From: Halocafeteria seosinensis
Taxonomy: Eukaryota
Length of the DNA: 59,844 nt
NCBI GenBank assembly: GCA_001687465.1
Contig: LVLI01000324.1
Span: forward strand, 1-59,844
Direction: 5' to 3'
The translations under genes and the position numbers were made by a program. This document shows positions 38,101 through 47,235 of the stretch, piece by piece. The notes under the pieces were generated by a model, which saw nothing but the letters and a program-made list of their open reading frames with translations, made no database searches and had not been told where the DNA came from. Positions within the stretch are counted from its first letter, which is position 1, and each line of letters starts with the position of its first letter.

Positions 38101-39029
38101 GCTGTGATAGCGTCGATTGGATTCATAATACCGTTGATATTACTCGCGGCACTGAATGCCCCTATGCGAAGCCGCCGTCTTCGCGACAACACGGTCGATA
38201 ATTCTCGCTGTCTCCTTTGTTGCACCTGAGGCACAACGGAGTGCTCTGGTTTGGTCGACTGCTCGAATTCTGCATTCCACTTTCGAATCGTTTCATCGAT
38301 ACGTCGAGCTTTCTCGGCAATTTCCACTTTACTGTTATACTCGGTGCACTGTACTGGGTCGTATTGTTCTTCAGAATACCATGACTTCACCAACTCCTCT
38401 TCCAAAGCTTGCAAATCCGCTCCACCATGCTGAGGATCCTCGGGAATCATAACAAGTTCGGCTCCGGCTTCCTTCCATGGGAGCAAATTCGAATGGTGCA
38501 CGTAGGGTCCAATAAAGACAATCGGCTTCTTCTCTCTGGTAGAGGCATCTTCCTCATCGGCTGTCGATAAATGTTGTTGAATTTCTGACTCCGACTCTGA
38601 TTTCGCCTTCATGTTTTCCCGTGGTAGTTCACTTTCCAGAGCTCGTTGGCGAACATCCAACGCATGAACCAAAGTGTTAACAGCCGAAGTAGCTCCTGAG
38701 CCGCAGAAAAAGACTCTATCGTTGTCATTGGCGCCTGTAACATCATGCACAATGCGCCGTGCCTCTTCACGGAAATGGGTCGATTGATAGCCACATTGAC
38801 TGCTCATTGTGTGAGTATTGCCATAGTAGGGCAATACCTGCTCCTGGATGTACTGCTCAATGCAATGCAAAGACCGTCCGGATGCCGTATAGTCTGCATA
38901 GACCAAAGGAGGCCGGCGGTCCTCTTCCCCAGTGGTCTCTCCATTGCCGTGATTGTTAGCGCCAGAGTATAAGGGTGATGGCACCCCTACACCTTGGCCA
39001 ATCAATTGGGAATGAATGTACTCGTTCAT
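35139..39029 (-). CDS. Fusion: SufS/CsdA-like PLP cysteine desulfurase (aminotransferase class V) + TtcA-type PP-loop tRNA thiolase
   Basis: N-half: YADYTASG, YGNTH, HHSNLLPW, WDYAAA, SPHK (PLP Lys), EGGTP, RGGCLCAG-PY (intron 37390-37320), RPGFVR. C-half in the same reading frame: SGGKDS, CAWCSRMKRG, LGQHLDD, ITRP, CPAC. Confidence 0.92.
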
Positions 39030-39075
39030 TATACAATTTGGACTTTAGTGGAGATCAATATCAAACCGACATGAC
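39030..39075. promoter_or_regulatory. Candidate bidirectional promoter region (46 bp between divergent start codons)
   Basis: Minus-strand ATG at 39029 and plus-strand ATG at 39076. Confidence 0.45.
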
Positions 39076-41122
39076 ATGAGGTCACTGGTACGCATGGGCC
39101 GCCAGCTGCAGCTCCCCCCATCGGCATTGGATGGCGCTATACTACGATATCGAGGCTCTACTTGGCGAACAGCGTTTGTCACTACACGCAGTGTATCGTC
39201 ATCCTCGGACAATAACGGAGAAAATGGAGGAGGAGGAAAGCGGTACACGGTATGTAGAGGTGATTGTGCTAGGTAATGGCATGTCTTTATACCTGATGTT
39301 TGATTGCTTCTACAGCCCTTGACAGCACAAACAAAGAGCCAAAGCAATGTAGATACGCTCAAGAATGCCCTGCGCAAGCGACGAGAGACGGAGCAGCATT
39401 TGGTCACGCATGAGCACAGTGCGCTAGCCAAGCAAGATGAGCATGGAAGTCTGGTGGCGAAGGAAAGCACTTCCGGAGCAATGGTGCAGTATGAGGAGTC
39501 TCCCGAAACCAAAGAGGTAAGTTTCGTCCTTTAGGGTATCGCGTCTCCATTGACGTGTTCGAAAGCTCGGCCTCTTTTTGCATCCGTTGTGCCCACAGCC
39601 TTTCGCCAGACGAGTCTTCTTTGGAGCCGCCCACCTATGGGCGGCAGCAGGTGCTTTAGTGGCGCTGTTATACTTCTTTCTTGGACCGCGCCAAAATCGT
39701 CTAGAGCGAAATACGGTACTAAATTCCACGCGCGAATTAAGGTTCCTTCGAGTACGAGCGAAGCGAGCTTTGCTAGCGGCGTGCCCTCATGAGGAGTTGT
39801 ATAGGATCAGAAGAGGAAACAACCTGCATGTATTCGATTCTCAACCAAACGCGGATAGTAGCACCTGCACTGTGATTTTACCTGCAGAAGATGGCGAAAC
39901 TGCTGCATTGTGGGGATTCGTGGCTGTGCACTTAATTGATCGCGTCCGAGTCATCGCCTATCATCGACAGGCCTCGGATACGTCTGAACAGCGAGAGGAC
40001 ACGTTTCGCAGAAGAAGCATGATGAGCAAATTTCATGACTTGCGTGAGGTTATAAATCGAAAACGAATCAACGGCAAAGTTGTCTTAGTTGCACAAGACG
40101 AGAGCACCTGGAGCTCCCTCTTGTTTGGAGCTGTAACTCAACAACATAGTTCTTCTGGTACGACATTCAATCTCTTTGGTGGAAAATCGACGCCAGAAAT
40201 CATCGGAGCAATTTGCGTCACGCCAAAATATTTCCCGCAAAATAGAGTCACCCGATTTTGGGACGCTGTGAAACAAAACTCTAGACATCCTCACAAACCT
40301 GGCATGGAAAGAGAGTGGTCAAAACCACGACACGTTGACACTACCGGTGAGATCACGCGAACATTCCAAAGGAATATTGGAGGAGCAGATTCCACGGTCA
40401 AGGCCTTTGCAAAGTTCTTTGGAAATAGTGCCGGGCATGAAACTGCCAACTACGGCGACCAATACGTTGATGATGCATATTCTCGGCTTCCAGTCCTGAG
40501 CCAGCTTGAAAAAGAATTCCTGAAAGAATATCTTCCAACTGTGCAGTTCCCTGTATATGTTCTTTTTCCCCATCCAGAGACCATGCCATGGGACTTTGGT
40601 CGAGAAAAGCAAGAGCTACTTGCGACTTCGCTCTTTCAAGCCGCCAATGCTGTAGGACATTTCATGGATCCTCGAGGACACTATAAGACCCTGCTCGAAC
40701 AACGACATAGTGAGAAGGGGCTGGACAAGGACTCAGAATCATTGAAAGAAAAGGAAAACAAATTGGAAGAGAATCCTGCGCCCTCGACGTCATTCTTGAG
40801 ATGGATAAAGCTCCGGCTCGCGGGGACAGCTATCGAGAAACTTTATCCATGGAGGAGTGTGTCGAGCGAAGTATCTCAAATCCAGGCTCCGTATTACCCT
40901 ACACTGATCCATAATGTTACGGGAAATATGTACAGCATACCTCTTCAAGCACCTCAAAGCATATCAACACAAGTGCAAGAGTTGCTATCGAGTACACGAG
41001 AGCAGACTTCGACGGTGCCAGTATACGGATCGCTATGGGGCTGGTGGCCGCCACTGGATCGACCAACACCTGTATCTTCTGATAAAAAACCCCGAACAAT
41101 CTTTCGAGAAATGCTTCTTTGA
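39076..41122 (+). CDS. Predicted mitochondrial, membrane-anchored degenerate alpha/beta-hydrolase-fold protein, 3 exons
   Basis: R/S-rich, acid-poor N-terminus (MRSLVRMGRQ...TRSVSS); phase-0 introns starting 39250 and 39517; TM AAHLWAAAGALVALLYFFL; RVIAYHR and VVLVAQDES occupy the positions of RVIAYDR and VLVGHSxG. Confidence 0.65.
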
Positions 41123-41412
41123 TTCAAAATAACAACATAGCAAGTTGATGCATGGGAATCTCGCTCAGAGCATTTGTGCTATTATCTACCCAAACTGAAC
41201 ACTACCATTGTGCAGTGTGTGTAAGGTTGGAGAGGATACCGCTACTCAAATAATACTCTTTTTGGTGCTTATCTTTCATGCAGCGGCGCAACCAATACAG
41301 GGCGCATTTCACCTTGCTGGGGAAAATGCCCAACGGGTACTCCTCCAAGGATCTTGAGGATCGACTCTTGGGAGTATCTTACTCATGAACTATTACTCCA
41401 CCTATCTTCCCT

Positions 41413-41897
41413 TTATTCTTCAATTTTTCCTAAGATATCTTCTTCGCGGAAGAGCACGTACGATTCTTCCTGGTCCTCACCAGCCGGCACTTTGTGACCA
41501 CCGAATTCTGGCAGCATTACTTTATCACCTTCTTTCAAAGTGGGAGGAATTCTGTTGCCATCTCTTGTGTAGGCACCTGGTCCTACGGACAGAACTTCGC
41601 CTGTGTTAGTCTTTACATTGGACTCAGGAAGTAAGACTCCACCAGCAGTCTGCAAAACGAGCGCACGCAGGAAGAGTTATAGTATTGCTGAGAGTCTCAT
41701 ATGCCGCAAGTTGTTTGGACATACCTTTGCCTCAGGAATGATCCTCTTAACCAGCACGCGGTCCGAGAGAGGGCGTAACGCTCTTGGGTTAACAAACTTG
41801 GATGCCTGTGTCGCATATGTCAGTGAAACACTCGTGTAATACTTCATAATACAGTGTTCACCCTGACAACCCTGGATATTCTTTTGTTCCACACCAT
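41413..41897 (-). CDS. HSP10: 10-kDa co-chaperonin (Hsp10/Cpn10), 3 exons
   Basis: ATG-only first exon, then ASKFVNPRALRPLSDRVLVKR, TAGGVLLPE, GEVLSVGPG, GDKVMLPEFGG, LFREEDILGKIE. Confidence 0.96.
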
Positions 41898-42733
41898 CGT
41901 CACAAGCCCATCACGCTTTCCTCACAAGACATGGAGGTCTCTGAGAGGTTATGTGACAGCCCCCAACCCTTAAACAATACTAGATCGCGGCGCGAATGCT
42001 TGTCCAGGTAGTTAAAAACGCTGTGGAAGCTCGACATACCATTGTTGTGTCGTGTTTTTCCCGTGTCACTTGTGGAACAAAGACAAATTGGGTTCGTTTT
42101 CGCTCTTCCTAAAGATTCGCTACCTCGCACAAAGGATGTATAATTTCACTTGAACAGTGCAAGAAATCGTGGCGCGCCTATTCAAGTCTACGACAGCATA
42201 TATCACTATCGAATGTTCGATGAAGTTCTCTTACTTCGTCCGGGCCGCCAGCCCGGATTTTTTGGTGGCTTGCCCGAAGAACTCTGTGCCCCAGTTAAAC
42301 CAGAAAGGTTACAGAAGCTAAGATAATACGAGAGGATACAATAAAACTAGAGTGTGACTATATACTTCCAGATGTTTTTCACATTGAACTCAAGTCCGAA
42401 TGCAGCTTGGAGCAATTTAGATCGGGCATTATTTTGGTCACTTCGTCGGTGAGTGACTTCAATCTACAACCCAGCTTCACAAGAGATGCGCGCCAAATCG
42501 CGCTTACGGAGGGCGCGTTATTCAGTGTGCCTCTGCGCACGAACTGCGTTCGAATGGAATAGAATAGGTTAACTGCAGTCTCTGTGGAATGCAAGTTAGA
42601 TGTGGTACATGTATACTGTAAGCCTTGCATGCACGCACGAACACAATCGTAGCTTCACACGCTGATCACTGACGGTAGTCGTTGGGCCGCATTCGGGCAC
42701 CATTGCAAGGAATTCCGTATACTCTGGTGAACT

Positions 42734-45700
42734 ATGAAAAATTCGGAAACAACCTCCCATGACATGTCTAATCGGAACAAGCAAGTAAATGATCAGGCGA
42801 GTCGATCCGTGCATTTCCGAACCCCTTTGGATACGATGTCGAATCGTTCAGAAAGGAGCAGCAGCCAGAGACAAAAGAGACAAAGGCACGACTTTGTTCA
42901 CAGCCCGAAGAAACGGTATAATGTTGATGAGACTCTTTATCAAAACTTTAGAACTAAACTGCGTCCGGCTGTGTTGCCTACTTCCGGCACGTCCCAGTCA
43001 AGTACAAGGGATGGACAGAGCTCTCACACAGCGACGCTCAAGAAGCTGCCGGAGAAAGCAGTAAACCCTTTATTGCACCGTCTACATAATTCCGAGGGAG
43101 TGTCTCGTGCTCGAAATTGGGAAAGTTTGGTGGAGGTGGCACAGCTAAATCGCTTCTCCTATTCTTCACCTACTGCCGATCATGGAGAATGGGTAACGTT
43201 TCAGCGTTTGCTATCTAAAAGGAAAAAGCTGATAAGGGAGGATATATTGTCCTTGTTAAGCTCTTTGCTCCAGAATCCACCGCCATACCAGTATGCTGCT
43301 CCAATAGTGGAGAGGGGAGGGAATTCGCTCAACTATTCCTACTCTTGGAACCACGACGAGAACGAAGTAATCGCGGCGGAGCATGAAAGTTTCGCAAGTG
43401 CAGTGGCGGATTGGAAAGTAATAAAAAGTATGCTCAACGTTGTTCTTCAGTATACCGAATTTTCGGAAGAATTATTCCAGCTCTATGTCGTAGATAGTCC
43501 GATCCAACGTTTTGAGTTAAGTGGGCTCCGAGGTCCCTTGTGTAATGTAATAAGTATCTTGGTGAACCTCAATATTGGCATGGGGCATAATGACACTGAG
43601 GAGAATAAAAAGAGTGCCGTTGTGCCAAACATGTTGCAGAGCCTAGGCACCATGCTTGCGGTATGCCACAGGAACGGTACTACTGACCTGCTGACAATGG
43701 CTTCCAACTCAGGTATGAATGATCAGTCTGCCCTCGTGTCGGTGTTTCTTCGATTCGAAGGATTAAGAACGCGCGTGTTAGCAGCACAATCGTTAGAGCA
43801 ACTGCAATACAGCTATTGGTCACTAAAATGTGCTAACAGTGGTCAGCCGCTCGTGAAGGAACATTTAGCCTGGAATGCAGAGAGCCGTAGTGCTGCCTGC
43901 TTAGCGATTCTGCTCTCTAATTTTGAGATGAGGCATGATGATAGGAAGCCTTTGAGTAAAGATCATTTGACCATGCTAAAGGATATTAGCATTGCCGAAG
44001 CAGCAATGCTGAATCCTGATAATAGTATTGACAACGTGCGAAGGAAACAGAAGCATCGCAAAATAGCACGCTCTTGGGGAATCGATAGTAATGAAGGGTT
44101 AGTTGCGGCCTTGACGCTAGCTAGCTGTGGGGAAGTTGGATTGATGCTGCTTGCTGAGGAGTGCTGTGAACATCGGGATCCTGCAGTTGTCAGTGCTGCC
44201 GCCACAGCTCTTACCCACTTACTCGTGTACAACGGTTTACCACTATCGAGAACCTATAATAACCGAAAGTTCGCCACGAGAGCAATTTCGTCTGCGAATG
44301 TTGGGAATACTACAGTTCGTCTTTTTCCATCGTGGGAAGGAAGCTCAGTAGAGGTGTCTCCGGACACTCCTCATAACATCGAATTTATAAATTCAAAATG
44401 TATTGCAAGATGCACTGCAATCCAAGCATTCATTAAGCAACGTGAGCGAGGCGGACACAATTCTAACCCTTCGTCAGTTCCGGGAAGGTCTATTGCGGGA
44501 GAAGATTCGTTGTTCTGGAACAACGACGTTGTTAGCGAAGTAACCCTCAATTATTGGGGGGCAAGGAATTTAAGCCAGGTTAATACGCTAAATAGTCCTA
44601 GGGCAAAGAGGATACCACAGAGATCGTTGCAAACTAACACTAGCATGTTGTCGCGAACAGTTCAGTCCGAAATACCGCCCCAAAACGATGACTATGAATC
44701 GCGCATCAGGTCGTCTCTGAATAGAACGGTTGCTGGGGTAGGAGCCGAGCATCCGATCTCAGTTGCACAAGACACTGAGCGCGGCACTGCATTTAGTGTG
44801 AGTGCGACAAGATATGAACGGTTTTCGAGGAGGACTTTTTTCGATGCTCTAGGTGATTCGTCTAGTTCGCCCCCTGTCGTTCTTCTTGCCAACACAAGCA
44901 GTGCACTCAATGTCCTAACTAATCTGAGGGAGCGTAGCTCTCTTTCAGTAAGTGCTACTACCAACTCTTCCTCCAACTCAGCCATAATTTCCGGAGGTAG
45001 CTATATGCTACTCTTTCAACGTATTCTAGGACTTCTAAGTATGAAACATACGGTGATTGTTCGGCAAACGGCTGTAGGGCTATGCGACTGGCCATTTGCC
45101 GGGATTGCTGTTACTTTACGGGACATTGAGGGCCCTCCTTCTGTGTCAGTGGCCGTAACACGTTTGCTGAATCATGTCGCTTCTGCGATATCTCACGACA
45201 ATGGTTTCTTCCGGAATACCTACTCCTTTGGGAGGGACATCTACGAAGGAAGAGAAAGTGAAGCAGCTATTACGGAATTTGAAAACTGGGTGCGCCAGGT
45301 ACCAAACGGATCCAACCACGGTATCTCCTTTTATCAGGGTGGTGTGGTCTGTGATCTATGGAGGGAAGCATTGAGAACGGGCGAACTAGCAGAACAACGA
45401 CTAACCGGGTGCATTACTCATCGAGTACTTATTATGTCGCTTTTCAAAGCATGCATACGTTTCAAAGAGAATGCTGATACGTGCAATGCAGTACTGCGCA
45501 TTCTTAGAAATCTGCCGCCTCCGATACTCGGGGGTGAGAGGCTCTGTAATTGGTTGATGAGTGTCGTCGATAGCCTTCTTAACTCGAGGTTTTCGACGAT
45601 TCGTTCTTGCACTATTAGCTTGTGCCATCAGTGGCTAAAATTCTTGTTTAAGCTGATTGCATGCTCCGACAATTCCAATGCTGTGAGCAGGGTAGACGAT

Positions 45701-46996
45701 GCAGAGAAAATGCGGTGGGAAGGCCTCCAGTGCTCAGCCATCATGCCACACCTAAAGAAGTTGTTGGGAATCAGAGAAAAAGACATATATTCCCATGCCC
45801 AGTATATGTGGAAAGCCCTGTATGGCCACTTGCGTCTGACCCTGCTGGAGTGCGTCCAGAGCGGCCGTGCGGACAGAATGACATCCGCTAGTTGCATGCT
45901 ATTCTGTGGGCAAACGGGTCTCCGATCGGTGACGAAACTCGCTCGTGAGCAATCAACAACGGCAAATGTTAGACTCGTTTGTATTCATGCAATCTCATCC
46001 GAAGTGCCTCTCAAAGCCCTGGAAATTGGAGGGCGTCTTGACTTGTCCCAGGAATGTGCCTCACTTATGAGTAGCCTGACGACAGACGGCAATTCAAGAG
46101 TTCGTGGTGCTGCCATCCACGCCCTATTAAGGCTGTACTTGCGGTATTCCAGAGCTAGCCCAGACTCTCACAAGATTTCAGTGCTACAGTACAGCTCCGT
46201 CGTCGGCTCTTTGACGAAACGAATAGATGACGAGGACAGCGGGGTTGCGGAAACTGCAGCGCAACTTCTTTCCGAATTTGAACCTCAAGGTTCTGTAATT
46301 TTGTTGGACATACTGCACAGGAGCAAGAGACCCACGGCTAGAGCTGCTGCAGCCAGTGGACTGAGCTGGTGCGCCTCAAGCACTTCGCGTCCACTCATCT
46401 TGGCTCTCACTGATAGAAGCGAGCAGGTACGAAACTCAGTAAGCCTGGCGCTACTCCGTAAAGGTCCCTCCAAGGTACAGCAGGAATTATCTGAACATTC
46501 ACATGAATATTTGAACTCCGTTATATGTACCATCCGGTATTTCGAGACTGAGTACGAGTTATCGACAACGTTGAAAGCTATGCTACGCAACATTGTCTCG
46601 TTCTTTGAGCAAGAGAAAGGAGAGGAAGAGTACCAAGGTACCTCTGGAACAAGTGAAATCTTGGGCGAACTACGGGAGGAAGAGCCATCTCTTGCTTCCT
46701 CTCTGCATTTTGTGGGCGAGGCAGAACACCCTGAGGATCATCGTAGATGGCAAAATGCAGTACATTCGGTGTCTTCACCTCGAAGTATGCCTACCCAGGA
46801 ACAGCAGCAGTCCCAGCAAACAGCGCAACAAGCACCGGGAACCACGTCTATGCCCGATACACAGCCTCACGAGCAGCCGTCCTCTTCCGGGTCTGCGTCG
46901 CGCCGTCGAGGTGATTTGTACCTCCCGTTAGATCAGATTAAACAAGAGTCCAGGCATCATGCTGTGGGAGAACCCATCAGTCCCGGGTCGGTCTAG
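42734..46996 (+). CDS. HEAT-repeat-containing protein, intronless, 1420 aa
   Basis: HEAT signatures: HRDPAVVSAAATAL, DGNSRVRGAAIHAL, DDEDSGVAETAAQLL, ARAAAASGL, LTDRSEQVRNSV; disordered termini. Confidence 0.8.
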   Translation: MKNSETTSHDMSNRNKQVNDQASRSVHFRTPLDTMSNRSERSSSQRQKRQRHDFVHSPKKRYNVDETLYQNFRTKLRPAVLPTSGTSQSSTRDGQSSHTATLKKLPEKAVNPLLHRLHNSEGVSRARNWESLVEVAQLNRFSYSSPTADHGEWVTFQRLLSKRKKLIREDILSLLSSLLQNPPPYQYAAPIVERGGNSLNYSYSWNHDENEVIAAEHESFASAVADWKVIKSMLNVVLQYTEFSEELFQLYVVDSPIQRFELSGLRGPLCNVISILVNLNIGMGHNDTEENKKSAVVPNMLQSLGTMLAVCHRNGTTDLLTMASNSGMNDQSALVSVFLRFEGLRTRVLAAQSLEQLQYSYWSLKCANSGQPLVKEHLAWNAESRSAACLAILLSNFEMRHDDRKPLSKDHLTMLKDISIAEAAMLNPDNSIDNVRRKQKHRKIARSWGIDSNEGLVAALTLASCGEVGLMLLAEECCEHRDPAVVSAAATALTHLLVYNGLPLSRTYNNRKFATRAISSANVGNTTVRLFPSWEGSSVEVSPDTPHNIEFINSKCIARCTAIQAFIKQRERGGHNSNPSSVPGRSIAGEDSLFWNNDVVSEVTLNYWGARNLSQVNTLNSPRAKRIPQRSLQTNTSMLSRTVQSEIPPQNDDYESRIRSSLNRTVAGVGAEHPISVAQDTERGTAFSVSATRYERFSRRTFFDALGDSSSSPPVVLLANTSSALNVLTNLRERSSLSVSATTNSSSNSAIISGGSYMLLFQRILGLLSMKHTVIVRQTAVGLCDWPFAGIAVTLRDIEGPPSVSVAVTRLLNHVASAISHDNGFFRNTYSFGRDIYEGRESEAAITEFENWVRQVPNGSNHGISFYQGGVVCDLWREALRTGELAEQRLTGCITHRVLIMSLFKACIRFKENADTCNAVLRILRNLPPPILGGERLCNWLMSVVDSLLNSRFSTIRSCTISLCHQWLKFLFKLIACSDNSNAVSRVDDAEKMRWEGLQCSAIMPHLKKLLGIREKDIYSHAQYMWKALYGHLRLTLLECVQSGRADRMTSASCMLFCGQTGLRSVTKLAREQSTTANVRLVCIHAISSEVPLKALEIGGRLDLSQECASLMSSLTTDGNSRVRGAAIHALLRLYLRYSRASPDSHKISVLQYSSVVGSLTKRIDDEDSGVAETAAQLLSEFEPQGSVILLDILHRSKRPTARAAAASGLSWCASSTSRPLILALTDRSEQVRNSVSLALLRKGPSKVQQELSEHSHEYLNSVICTIRYFETEYELSTTLKAMLRNIVSFFEQEKGEEEYQGTSGTSEILGELREEEPSLASSLHFVGEAEHPEDHRRWQNAVHSVSSPRSMPTQEQQQSQQTAQQAPGTTSMPDTQPHEQPSSSGSASRRRGDLYLPLDQIKQESRHHAVGEPISPGSV

Positions 46997-47201
46997 TTGT
47001 CTCCTTGTTTCGAAAGCAATAATACATTAGCTGATCATACATCTTTTGGCATTTATCTCCTGCTGTCTGGGAGGTATCATTGTATTGGAAAGCATCTGCC
47101 ACACACCGTTTATATCTCTGTTCCAACACTGGACACAAGGTGTCCTTATGGTTCTCTACAGAGGACAACGATGACTGTTTTGATGAATTTTTCTCGTCCA
47201 T
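46977..47201 (-). CDS. Mdm35/TRIAP1-like twin-Cys intermembrane-space protein (74 aa)
   Basis: CPVLEQRYKRC (CX9C), 17-aa spacer ending GDKC (cf. TRIAP1 GDPC), then CQKMYDQLMYYC (CX10C). Confidence 0.6.
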   Translation of the reverse strand: MDEKNSSKQSSLSSVENHKDTLCPVLEQRYKRCVADAFQYNDTSQTAGDKCQKMYDQLMYYCFRNKETTRPTRD

Positions 47202-47235
47202 AATGGGAAAACTGTTTCTCTGTTTGTATTGAACT
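47202..47235. promoter_or_regulatory. Candidate bidirectional promoter region (34 bp between divergent start codons)
   Basis: Minus-strand ATG at 47201 (Mdm35-like) and plus-strand ATG at 47236 (MAD1). Confidence 0.4.

Noticed and set aside
35139..39029. Bacterial contamination or recent HGT as source of the TtcA-like gene
   Set aside because: It has several spliceosomal introns and host-like composition; any transfer is old.
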